Positions 31,345 through 39,894 of a DNA stretch of 64,000 bases are shown here, one piece after another. The stretch is from assembly GCA_934754495.1 (NCBI GenBank), contig CAKVHW010000001.1:136462-200461 (forward strand), read 5' to 3'. Both the position numbers and the translations under genes were made by a program. The notes below the pieces were generated by a model. That model saw only the letters and a program-made list of their open reading frames with translations. It ran no database searches and was not told the DNA's origin. How positions within the stretch are numbered: position 1 is the first letter of the stretch; the number at the start of each line of letters is the position of its first letter. Origin of the DNA: an uncultured Clostridia bacterium. GTDB lineage: Bacteria > Bacillota > Clostridia > Christensenellales > UBA1242.

Positions 31345-32280
31345 ATGGAAGACAAAATTAAAGTAATATTAGATACCGACCCTGGGGTGGACGACACAAT
31401 AGCATTAATGTTTTTTATGTTTGACCCCAGAATTGATGTAAAGCTTATTACAACCGTATCGGGAAATCGCCCCCTTGAAATAAACAGCCGTAACACAATG
31501 CACTTGCTTGAAAAATTTGGAAGATGTGATATTCCTGTTGCACTTGGTGCTAACAAACCACTTAAACGTGCAAGAAAAGATGCGTCTTTTATTCACTCTG
31601 CTAGTGGAATGGGGCACTATACACCAACCGAACCAACAAAAATTAAACCTATTAAAGACCCAGCATGGGAAGCAATGTATAAAACGATTATGGAGAATAA
31701 AAACGAAATAATTATTTGTTTGCAAGGGCCTCACACCAACATGGCAAAGTGTTTAATGGCTCACCCAGATTGTGCACAATATGTAAAGCAAATCATTTAC
31801 GAAGGTGGCTCGCCATATGGATATAAGGGAATTGCTCCACACATTTCGTTTAATGCATCGTCAGACCCCGAAGCAATGAAGATAGTGCTAGAATCTGGTA
31901 TTCCTATTGTTATGATTCCGTCAGAAATGGGCAGGATTCACACATATCTATCATACAAACAAGTTATGAAAATTGAAAATGCCAACGATGTTGGAAAATT
32001 TATTGGTGAAATGTTTGATGCGTATTGGGAACCAGGCTACGAAGACAAACGTATCGCAATGAATGATTCTTGTATCTACTTTTACCTTGTAGAACCTAAA
32101 ATGTTTAAGGGATATAGGGCAGATATTGACCTAGATATTAATGAATTTCCAGGCAAAACTGTTATGGACTTTAAAAAAGACGGTAAATATCTAATTTTAA
32201 TGAGTGCAAAACGCAATAGAAGTTTTAAATATCTTTACTCGCTTGTTAAAAAATTGGACGACTATAAATTTTACGAATAA
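31345..32280 (+). CDS. Nucleoside hydrolase (IUNH family)
   Basis: N-terminal DTDPGVDD aspartate cluster; 311 aa. Confidence 0.85.
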   Translation: MEDKIKVILDTDPGVDDTIALMFFMFDPRIDVKLITTVSGNRPLEINSRNTMHLLEKFGRCDIPVALGANKPLKRARKDASFIHSASGMGHYTPTEPTKIKPIKDPAWEAMYKTIMENKNEIIICLQGPHTNMAKCLMAHPDCAQYVKQIIYEGGSPYGYKGIAPHISFNASSDPEAMKIVLESGIPIVMIPSEMGRIHTYLSYKQVMKIENANDVGKFIGEMFDAYWEPGYEDKRIAMNDSCIYFYLVEPKMFKGYRADIDLDINEFPGKTVMDFKKDGKYLILMSAKRNRSFKYLYSLVKKLDDYKFYE

Positions 32281-32282
32281 TA

Positions 32283-32318
32283 AAAACAGACCGCTTCTAA
32301 AATTTGGCGGTCTTTTTT
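32283..32318 (+). terminator. Terminator after the nucleoside hydrolase gene
   Basis: AGACCGC...GCGGTCT followed by TTTTT. Confidence 0.8.
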
Positions 32319-32410
32319 GTTGCGGTTTTGTGTATAAGGCTCTATTTTTTACAAGAAGAATAAAACAATTTATTTGTTATAATTTTGTAGTTTAAAAAAC
32401 ATATTTTATG

Positions 32411-32439
32411 TTGACATTTTATCATTTTAATACTATAAT
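32411..32439 (+). promoter_or_regulatory. Consensus sigma-A promoter about 208 nt upstream of tRNA-Arg
   Basis: TTGACA (32411-32416), a 17-nt spacer, then TATAAT (32434-32439). Confidence 0.65.
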
Positions 32440-32647
32440 ACGTAAGTGTTATAAAAAAGATAAAACTAATAAACAATACTACTCTTTCATTAGGGCTGTA
32501 GTTTTATAATATAATTTTTATAAATATGATATTATTATATTATACCTTATTTTATAATCAACTATCCTTGTTTTTTTATAACAACAATATTACAACCTTT
32601 GGTTCCTACCATAAGTTGCAATACAAAACAAATTTAATATCACATAT

Positions 32648-32724
32648 GCACCGTTAGCTCAGCTGGATAGAGCGTTGGTCTACGGAACCAAAGGTCGAGA
32701 GTTCGAATCCCCCACGGTGCACCA
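32648..32724 (+). tRNA. tRNA-Arg (anticodon ACG), with encoded CCA
   Basis: Folded by hand. Acceptor GCACCGT/ACGGTGC, D stem GCTC/GAGC, anticodon stem TTGGT/ACCAA, loop CTACGGA. The T stem GAGAG/CCCCC has two A.C mismatches. Confidence 0.8.
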
Positions 32725-32734
32725 AAAACGAGGT

Positions 32735-32763
32735 AATCAAGACTTTTTGTCTTGATTTTTTTG
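32735..32763 (+). terminator. Terminator after tRNA-Arg
   Basis: AATCAAGAC-TTTTT-GTCTTGATT followed by a T-run. Confidence 0.8.
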
Positions 32764-32839
32764 TTGAATTTTAAATGGCACAAAATATTGCAGTTGGGCT
32801 TATCGTGTGATAAAATGTATAAAAAGGAGAAATTATTAA

Positions 32840-33475
32840 ATGAATTTTCAACCGATTATAAACTTTGAACCGATTATGCACTATCATACAAGAGATAAGA
32901 AAAAAGGAAATCCGATTGCTTTGAGAGATTTTTTATCTTTAAGAAATGAAGACCCATATTTTTCAGAAAAATTTGTTATTAAGATAATGGAAAACTCAAA
33001 ATTCTTTAATGAGCAACAATTGCAATTAGTTGAAGAGCAAAGTCATAATGAACCTGATATAATCGATGTTTTGAATGAAGACAATAAATACGAAGTTAAA
33101 ACTTTTTGGAATGAGAGTGGTTGTAAACTACTATCTTTAAATAAAAATTTTGGTGATGTTTATAAAGAGTTGTGTATTAATGAAGAATTAGATTATCAGT
33201 TTGCCAATTGGAACAAACCAGATATGTATAATGAAACAAGTAAAAAACTTATAGAAAAAATGAAGAAAAAGCCAATGGATTATATTTTATTGATGGTAAA
33301 TACTTTCTCACTAGACAATAAAAATATATATCATTTAGATAGGTCTATTGATGTAGATGTTTTAAAATGGCAATATGTATTAAATGTATACGATTTTAAC
33401 TATGCTATTTACTTAATAAAACCAACATATTACAACCAGTTTACAATTTATCATATTACAAAAAAACAATATTGA
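32840..33475 (+). CDS. Hypothetical protein with a PD-(D/E)xK nuclease-like motif (paralog A)
   Basis: 211 aa with QSHNEPD(x11)EVK at aa 67-87 (nt 33050-33100). RBS AAGGAG. May be truncated by a frameshift in the A7 tract at 33460-33466. Confidence 0.6.
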   Translation: MNFQPIINFEPIMHYHTRDKKKGNPIALRDFLSLRNEDPYFSEKFVIKIMENSKFFNEQQLQLVEEQSHNEPDIIDVLNEDNKYEVKTFWNESGCKLLSLNKNFGDVYKELCINEELDYQFANWNKPDMYNETSKKLIEKMKKKPMDYILLMVNTFSLDNKNIYHLDRSIDVDVLKWQYVLNVYDFNYAIYLIKPTYYNQFTIYHITKKQY

Positions 33476-33556
33476 AAATGATTTAATAAACTACAATGAC
33501 TTTTTTGAAAAGTATGTAACCATAGAGAAAATTATATTTAGATAAGGAGAAAGTTA

Positions 33557-34276
33557 ATGAATGTAATAAGATTGCTACCACTTGCACTAATAAACAACAA
33601 GCATGTATGTGGAACGAAGATTAACTATGAAAATGATTTGATTGATGTGCTAAATAGTTCTTTTGATTTATTAAGAATAAAGGGGCTTGATAGTTTTTCT
33701 CCGATCACAAGTCAGGCGCATGGAGAATGCGATGCTCGCTCTGGCAACTACGAAATCGATTTTAAACTGTTAGTTCCTACCGAATTCATGAACAACAAGA
33801 AAAAAACCATGCCTGATGTTGACTATTCACATTTATCTGATGGGTTTATTAGTATAAAAAATAACGAAAATAGTTTAAACAAAAAAGCAAAAATAGAAGC
33901 AGATAAATTGTTCTACACTTTTATTACCGCTTTTTTAACAAAAGATAAAGATGATTTATTAAAAATAACAGACAAAAAGAATACATTATTTTCAGCAATA
34001 AAAAACATGCAGGTAAATAAAAATTTATTAATATATATTCCCTGTGAGTTTGAAAATAAAATTGACGCCATTGGGGTAATAAGTAAACTTTTGATGCCAT
34101 TGTTTAACATAAGAGACGATTATGAAAAAGATACTTTTTTAACTTATTTTCAAAATGATTGTTTTGTTGTTCTTTATTATAAAAATGGACAACTATTTAA
34201 AGTTAATAGTGTTAGCAAATACTTTGTTCAACAATTCAATAAATATTATACTCTTGCAAGCAGTATAGAAGAATAA
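33557..34276 (+). CDS. Hypothetical protein, paralog B of the PD-(D/E)xK-like gene
   Basis: 239 aa. QAHGECD(x6)EIDFK (nt 33725-33766) aligns with QSHNEPD...EVK of paralog A. RBS AAGGAG. Confidence 0.6.
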   Translation: MNVIRLLPLALINNKHVCGTKINYENDLIDVLNSSFDLLRIKGLDSFSPITSQAHGECDARSGNYEIDFKLLVPTEFMNNKKKTMPDVDYSHLSDGFISIKNNENSLNKKAKIEADKLFYTFITAFLTKDKDDLLKITDKKNTLFSAIKNMQVNKNLLIYIPCEFENKIDAIGVISKLLMPLFNIRDDYEKDTFLTYFQNDCFVVLYYKNGQLFKVNSVSKYFVQQFNKYYTLASSIEE

Positions 34277-34312
34277 TAAATCAAAATAGCCCCTAAACAA
34301 GAGGCCATTTTT

Positions 34313-34432
34313 TTAATTTGCATACAACAGATTTTCTATTGTGTCAGAGGCTCTTTTGTCGGATTGTTTAGTATAGTGAGAGTAAATATTTAATGTTGTT
34401 TGAGTGTCGCTATGACCAACTCCACCAGCAAC
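34313..34432 (-). pseudogene. Tyrosine recombinase (integrase) C-terminal remnant, 39 codons plus stop
   Basis: My minus-strand translation is VAGGVGHSDTQTTLNIYSHYTKQSDKRASDTIENLLYAN*. It contains the GHS...T...Y.H box with the catalytic Tyr. An in-frame stop lies immediately upstream, so the rest of the gene is missing. Confidence 0.8.
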
Positions 34433-34592
34433 TATTTACTTGTTGCGTTATAGTACTGAAAACACTACCATAAAAATGGAAACTCCATCAACAAAAAATA
34501 TTACATATACATCAAATCTTATAACCTTTAATGGAATGAAAGTTGAAACTGAACACAAAATAACAAGCTTTTAATAAGGATTGAAAACAATT

Positions 34593-34636
34593 AAAAAAAA
34601 GCATATTTTAGGAATTTTCCTAGATATGCTTTTTTT
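34593..34636. terminator. Bidirectional terminator
   Basis: AGCATAT..TAGGAA-TT-TTCCTA..ATATGCT long hairpin flanked by an A-run and a T-run. Confidence 0.75.
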
Positions 34637-34697
34637 GTGTGGGTATAAAAATTCTTATAATTTTTTTTAAATATTATTAATATAATATTAATAATTG

Positions 34698-35933
34698 TTA
34701 CTCGCTATCATCACTTGGTGGTTCTGGCTCGGCTTCTTCATCGTATTTGTCTTCTAGACTATATAAAAGTTTTTCGCCGCTACTGTCTCTTAGGTCGTCA
34801 TCTTCGCTGTCACTGACTTCGCCGTTCTCGTTTCTAACAAGTGGTTTTGCAGATTGGTGTTTTTGTGTCTTCTTTGCAACTTTACTTTTGTTTTCCGAGT
34901 TGTTGTTGGCTGTTGTGTCGCCGTCAGCATTTTCGGTGTCTTCTGTTGTTTCACTTTGTACATTGGCTGGAAGGTTGTCCATTTTAAATACTTTATTGTT
35001 GTTTTTAATTTCTTCAGCAATTCCAAGTATACAACTAATGTCGTCATAAAGATTATCAAAAACATTCACGCTAAGCTCTTTTAGGTTGCTTTTCATTTCA
35101 AATAAATTTCTATCCAGTGCAATATACATTTCGTCTTTGCATAACAACAACCCAAGTTGTCCAGTACGTTTTTTTAGGTTTTTAAGTTTGTTCATCATAG
35201 TTGGGGTCAAAATGCACAAGGCTTCTACTTGGTCATCGGTGCTTACAATAAAGTTCTTGTTAAATTGAATGTCTTCTAGTTTTATTACTTCAAGGTCTTC
35301 TTCGTCATCGTTAATGGCAAGGGTGCACTTAAATTGAAATGGGAATTTTATATAACCAAAAGCGCCTGTAAATATGTCAATAGTCCTTGTTTCTTCTTCG
35401 GTGTAGGTGATTCCATTGGCATCTCTTCTTGTCACGGTTTCGGTTTCTTCTTTTGTTACGTCAAGGTCGCTTATTAAAAATTGTGTGTTAGAGTCTGTTC
35501 CGTCATCGTTTTTAATTGTTATTTTAAATAAATCTTCGCCACCATATGAGTCGTATATATCAAACAAAAAACTTTTTCTAAATAGTTTTTCGTCCATATA
35601 TTTATCTGGTTCGTAAGAGTAGGTGTAGCCGTCAAGCAAATAGTCCATAATGGCTCTAATATGTTTTTCTTTAAAGTTGTCCCACTTAAATCCGCTTATG
35701 GCTGGGATTGTAAAACAAGTTACAAGTATTACAACACCCATAAAAACACCAACAATAATTTTGGATACAGTACTATCTACACATATCACAGCAAAAATTG
35801 CCATTAATATCTCAATTGGAAGTATTGTGGCAAGTAGTATTTTTGTACGTTTTTTGCACTTTAAAAATTTCTTTTTGTCATCACCGGATATTCGTTTTTT
35901 GGCAAAAGCTTTAAATTCTTCTTTTGATACCAT
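34698..35933 (-). CDS. DUF3137-like membrane protein with an acidic C-terminal tail
   Basis: 411 aa with two N-terminal TM helices. Lies immediately downstream of lemA (4-nt gap), a recurrent pairing. The C-terminus is rich in D/E/S. Confidence 0.6.
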   Translation of the reverse strand: MVSKEEFKAFAKKRISGDDKKKFLKCKKRTKILLATILPIEILMAIFAVICVDSTVSKIIVGVFMGVVILVTCFTIPAISGFKWDNFKEKHIRAIMDYLLDGYTYSYEPDKYMDEKLFRKSFLFDIYDSYGGEDLFKITIKNDDGTDSNTQFLISDLDVTKEETETVTRRDANGITYTEEETRTIDIFTGAFGYIKFPFQFKCTLAINDDEEDLEVIKLEDIQFNKNFIVSTDDQVEALCILTPTMMNKLKNLKKRTGQLGLLLCKDEMYIALDRNLFEMKSNLKELSVNVFDNLYDDISCILGIAEEIKNNNKVFKMDNLPANVQSETTEDTENADGDTTANNNSENKSKVAKKTQKHQSAKPLVRNENGEVSDSEDDDLRDSSGEKLLYSLEDKYDEEAEPEPPSDDSE

Positions 35934-35937
35934 GATT

Positions 35938-36576
35938 TTACTCCTTAACTACAGGCAAAACCTTTTCGTTTGCATCTATTTTAAATAGAACTTCTTTGGT
36001 GTATCCATAAGTTTTTGCTAAAATATTGCTAGGAAATGTTTGTATAAGCGAATTGTATTCGTTTACATTGCAGTCGTAAATTCTACGAGCCGAAACAATC
36101 CTGTCTTCAATATCTCCAAGCTGTTCCATAAGGTTTTTAAAAAGTGGTTGTGCCTTTAAATCCGGGTAACTTTCTGCCACGGCAATAAGACTTTTCATTT
36201 GCGGAACAAGTTGGTTGGAGTAGTCAAGTTTTTGGGATTCGTCAGTCGCTTTAACTGCCAAATTTCTAAGTCTTGTTACTTCGGTCAAAACTTCCTTTTC
36301 GTGTTTTGCATAACCCTTAACAGTGTTTACAAGATTTGGCACAAGGTCAAAACGCAACTTTAAGTGAATGTCTATAAGTGCTAGGCTTTCTTTTACCTTG
36401 TTTTTGTATCTAACCATTTTGTTGTAAATTGAGATATAGGTGATAATAAGTGTAAATGTAAGCACACCAAATATAGCCCCCAATATGTATTGTTTAACAG
36501 CAATTAGTGCAGTAGAAACAGCAAAAAGAACTGTAAATACAATTCCAAACATCATTTTTAATCCATTTTTGTTCAT
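35938..36576 (-). CDS. lemA: LemA family protein
   Basis: 212 aa with an N-terminal TM and LemA-like sequence (RYKNKVKESLALIDIHLKLRFDLVPNLV...AESYPDLKA). Confidence 0.85.
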   Translation of the reverse strand: MNKNGLKMMFGIVFTVLFAVSTALIAVKQYILGAIFGVLTFTLIITYISIYNKMVRYKNKVKESLALIDIHLKLRFDLVPNLVNTVKGYAKHEKEVLTEVTRLRNLAVKATDESQKLDYSNQLVPQMKSLIAVAESYPDLKAQPLFKNLMEQLGDIEDRIVSARRIYDCNVNEYNSLIQTFPSNILAKTYGYTKEVLFKIDANEKVLPVVKE

Positions 36577-36683
36577 ATGCTATAAATCTTCCCTTTTGTG
36601 ATAATAAATATCACTTTATTATAAATATAAAATAACATATTTACGGTTTTTTATCAATTTAATTAAGGCTAATATAATGTAAA

Positions 36684-36714
36684 AACAAAAAAAGGCACTG
36701 TTTAAAGTGCCTTT
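36684..36714 (-). terminator. Terminator after the 896-aa surface protein gene
   Basis: AAAGGCAC...GTGCCTTT flanked by A/T runs. Confidence 0.75.
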
Positions 36715-36732
36715 ATAATTTTTTAAAATGGT

Positions 36733-39345
36733 TTATTCACCATCGTGCATGTTGTTGAAATCTTCTTCGTCATCATCTTCTAGGTTTATGTGGTGTTTTG
36801 ATGCATTCTTTTTAAGTTCTTCATTAGACTTTTTAGCATAACTTTCTTCATAAACTTTTTCAACAGTGCTAACCATTTTGCGTTCTAGTTTTTCTTTGAT
36901 AGGCTTTTTAAATGTAACAACTATAACCACTGCAAAAATGATAGCAACTGCTAGTATGCTAAATAGCCAAATACCAGTTTCAGCAAACCAATTTGACTTA
37001 GTCATCATAAAGGCGTAAGTGCCAAGGTCTGAGTTTTTAATTACAATGTAGCCATTCTCAACATTAAAATTACATTCGTTGTATGAGCCGTTGTTAAGAG
37101 TGAAAATGTGAAGTTTTGATGTGTCAACATTGTTAAGTTTAAATCTAATTGTTTCCACATTGCTACTTTGACTTTCATTGTTTTGAAGTCCTAGTTTAAT
37201 CATTTTAATTAGGTTTAAGTCGTTTCCAATTGCAGACAAACTTGTGTCGCTTTTGTTTGCGGTAATTACACCAATAGTAAGTTTTGCACCAATTTCAAAT
37301 CCTCTAAGACCTTCCACCTCAACCATAACGTCATTGTTTTTCGCTGTAAGTTCGGCAGGTAAAATTCTAATTACACACAAGGCCTCGTTGCCTTTAATGT
37401 TTTTAGTGTCTTCGGTGTAAACTTTCAATACGTATTCGCCAACTTCTTTTACACCACTTGGGTACATAACACCAGCAGCGGAGAACATAACTTGTTGTTC
37501 ACCGTCATAAGTATAACTTGGCAAAATATATTGACCGTTGTATCTTTGAGTGATAAGGTTGCTATTTAAAATAAGTGTTTCTGATTTCTTTAAAATATAG
37601 TAAGTAGTTGTTGCGTTCTTTAGTTCGTAGTTTTGATTGCTTCCGCTTAATTTTGCAGTTGCAACATATGCGTTTGCAGAACCTTCGTTTGCATCAATTT
37701 CAGCACCCATAACTTCAAGGTCAACAATTAGCCCGTTGTCTAGTGCAAGTGCTTTAGGTGCTTGTCTTAGTCCGTTGTAATATAGTGTGTAGTTACTCCA
37801 TCTTACTTCAATTGTCTTTTGGCTAATCTTCCAACTAAATGTTGTAATTGCTCCGCTTGCAAGTTTGTAGTTTGGATTGTTAAGCCCAATTACTTTTACA
37901 GCATACTTGCCTGCATTGGCGGTAATCAAAACAGAGTCTGCAGAATATGTAAGATTAACATTAGAGCAAGCGCTGTTGTCTTTGTGGTATAGTGTAGGGG
38001 TTACGTTTATTGTTGTGCCATTGTAAGAAAACTCACTAACACTAGGCCATACAATTGTAAGTTCGCTAGGCAAAACAGAAAATTTCTTTTCGGTGCTAGA
38101 AAGTTCGTAGTTGGTGCTAAACGTATCTTTTAGTGTAAGCACAGCCTTCCATCTACCTGTTCCAAAAACGCTTTCTTCATAGGTTTCAGTTTCGTTGTTT
38201 GTTAGTTTTAGTAACTTACAATTAGCATAATCTACTACTGGGTTGAATTCAACAATGTCAATATTTTCATTGTATTCGATTGAATTTGCAATGTTCCATT
38301 CAACATCTATAATCTTCTTTGCAACAGTAAAGTTATAACAATTGTCACTAAGTATATTTATATTGTCAAGAAACTCACTTTTAACATTTACAATCATTTT
38401 GTACTTTCCGGCATTAATAATGCTACTTACAGGAATGTAATCGGTTGTAAAATAATTATATTGCACATCAAAATAGTTGTTTGTAATATAACTTAAGTTT
38501 GTGTTAAATGGTAGTGTTAGGCTAGAGCCTGTGTATTCAAGAAGTGTGTCATTAAATGTAAGTGAAACTTCTGCTTTTTCAATTGTAATAAAATAAGTGT
38601 GAGTTTTTACAAGTTTGTTGTCGTTGTATACTTCGTAAGAATATGTGTAAGTGCCTACTTTTAATCCGCTTATTCTTATGCTTTTAGATGTATCAATTTG
38701 TTCGTCACCTCTGTACCAAATGTAGTCACCACTTTCATTTATGGTAAGGTCAATTGATTCACCAAAAGTGTGTGTTTGGTTTTCGGTTGTGCTTGTGCTG
38801 GTTGTAATAAGTCTTTCGTTTAGGTTTACCCAATTTTCGCTTGCATTTGTGGTTTTAAAGTTTTCAATGTCGTCACTTGTTTTGAATACAAATACAGTTG
38901 TGTCAGGAAATGAATCAGGTTGTACAGTGATGTTTGAATTAACATAAACCTTTTCAATTTGTGTTCCTAAAAATGCTTTGCTTCCAATTTTTGTAAGGCT
39001 TGCAGGTAATGTTAGTTCGCCACCTAAGTTACTGCAGTTTTGAAACGAGCATTTTATAATGCTTTGTAAGTTGGTTGCTTCTTTTAGGTTTAGTCCAACA
39101 ATTAAATCTCTTGCAGCAGGTGAGTTGAAGTTTATTGCATCGCCATTTCCAATTGAAGTTATGTTAAATTCACCATATTTAGCAGGAACATCAACAATCA
39201 CTTCGCTTGTTGGTGCTTCCCTAAATCCGTCTAGTTGGTTGCAATTAAAATGTAATGCTTCCGTACTAGAATAGGTGTAAGGGGTGAATAAAATTACAAC
39301 AAGCCATAAAAGGGTTGTTGTAGCCATCAAAAAATATTTTTTCAT
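36733..39345 (-). CDS. Large cell-surface protein: signal peptide, BspA-type leucine-rich repeat, repeated Ig-like (MBG-type) modules, C-terminal TM anchor
   Basis: CSFQNCSNLGGELTLPASLTKIGSKAF is LRR-like. Recurring Y(N/T)G modules include LEYTGSSLTLPF, FSYNGTTINVTP, LYYNGLRQAP and QRYNGQYILP. Start set at MKKYFLMATT (ATG 39345, RBS AAAGGA), because a promoter sits inside the longer ORF-track extension. Confidence 0.8.
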   Translation of the reverse strand: MKKYFLMATTTLLWLVVILFTPYTYSSTEALHFNCNQLDGFREAPTSEVIVDVPAKYGEFNITSIGNGDAINFNSPAARDLIVGLNLKEATNLQSIIKCSFQNCSNLGGELTLPASLTKIGSKAFLGTQIEKVYVNSNITVQPDSFPDTTVFVFKTSDDIENFKTTNASENWVNLNERLITTSTSTTENQTHTFGESIDLTINESGDYIWYRGDEQIDTSKSIRISGLKVGTYTYSYEVYNDNKLVKTHTYFITIEKAEVSLTFNDTLLEYTGSSLTLPFNTNLSYITNNYFDVQYNYFTTDYIPVSSIINAGKYKMIVNVKSEFLDNINILSDNCYNFTVAKKIIDVEWNIANSIEYNENIDIVEFNPVVDYANCKLLKLTNNETETYEESVFGTGRWKAVLTLKDTFSTNYELSSTEKKFSVLPSELTIVWPSVSEFSYNGTTINVTPTLYHKDNSACSNVNLTYSADSVLITANAGKYAVKVIGLNNPNYKLASGAITTFSWKISQKTIEVRWSNYTLYYNGLRQAPKALALDNGLIVDLEVMGAEIDANEGSANAYVATAKLSGSNQNYELKNATTTYYILKKSETLILNSNLITQRYNGQYILPSYTYDGEQQVMFSAAGVMYPSGVKEVGEYVLKVYTEDTKNIKGNEALCVIRILPAELTAKNNDVMVEVEGLRGFEIGAKLTIGVITANKSDTSLSAIGNDLNLIKMIKLGLQNNESQSSNVETIRFKLNNVDTSKLHIFTLNNGSYNECNFNVENGYIVIKNSDLGTYAFMMTKSNWFAETGIWLFSILAVAIIFAVVIVVTFKKPIKEKLERKMVSTVEKVYEESYAKKSNEELKKNASKHHINLEDDDEEDFNNMHDGE

Positions 39346-39379
39346 CTTTTTTAGTCCTTTTTCGTAAAAACCAAACAAA

Positions 39380-39408
39380 ATTCTACATAAATTACCAAGT
39401 CGTGTCAA
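39380..39408 (-). promoter_or_regulatory. Sigma-A promoter for the surface-protein gene
   Basis: On the minus strand: TTGACA (39408-39403), a 17-nt spacer, then TAGAAT (39385-39380). Confidence 0.6.
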
Positions 39409-39423
39409 GTTTAATTTGCACAA

Positions 39424-39449
39424 AAAATGGCAAAATTTGCCATTTTTAA
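39424..39449. terminator. Perfect palindromic hairpin (insulating terminator?)
   Basis: AAATGGCAAA / TTTGCCATTT flanked by A/T runs. Confidence 0.45.
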
Positions 39450-39686
39450 AACTTTTGTAATATGTGCCAAATTTTATTATTTTATTATTTTTTAAAAAAG
39501 TTTTACAACCACTATTACTTAATAGTATAATATATATAAGTAGTTATTTCAATATTAAATCGACATTTTTATCTATTTTTTTTAAACATCAAAAATTTTT
39601 TTGATTTAGTAGCATAATAAAAACCAAAACAATTAATGTAACAAGATTTAAATATCGCAATTATTTATAACAACTAAAAATTGTAT

Positions 39687-39761
39687 GCTCCCATAGTGAA
39701 GTGGATATCACAATGGTCTTCGGAACCATTATGGAGGGTTCGAGTCCTTCTGGGAGCGCCA
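39687..39761 (+). tRNA. tRNA-Arg (anticodon TCG), with encoded CCA
   Basis: Folded by hand. Acceptor GCTCCCA/TGGGAGC, D stem GTGA/TCAC, anticodon stem ATGGT/ACCAT with loop CTTCGGA, T arm GAGGG-TTCGAGT-CCTTC. Confidence 0.85.
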
Positions 39762-39821
39762 ATAAAATGTATGCAAAAAAACATACAACTTGCCATATCA
39801 CTTATTTGGTGGCTTAATTAA

Positions 39822-39868
39822 TAAAAAACAACCGACTATACTCATAAAAATTTAGTCGGTTGTTTTTT
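39822..39868. terminator. Bidirectional terminator (tRNA-Arg on plus, M64 gene on minus)
   Basis: AACAACCGACT...AGTCGGTTGTT flanked by an A-run and a T-run. Confidence 0.8.
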
Positions 39869-39894
39869 ATAATTTTTCTTGTTTTATAAATTAT

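Noticed and set aside
34476-34574. 32-codon ORF (METPSTKNITYTSNLITFNGMKVETEHKITSF) between the integrase remnant and the terminator.
   Set aside because: It has no RBS and looks like the tail of a decayed gene. I cannot support it as a functional CDS.
39346-39423. N-terminal extensions given in the ORF track: 39346-39423, and likewise 44066-44164, 44425-44460, 4877-4909, 45905-45916 and 19794-19805.
   Set aside because: They begin at TTG, GTG or weak starts. They lack RBSs, contain a promoter (39380-39408) or precede an obvious signal peptide or conserved N-terminus. Internal ATGs with GGAG-type RBSs are preferred.
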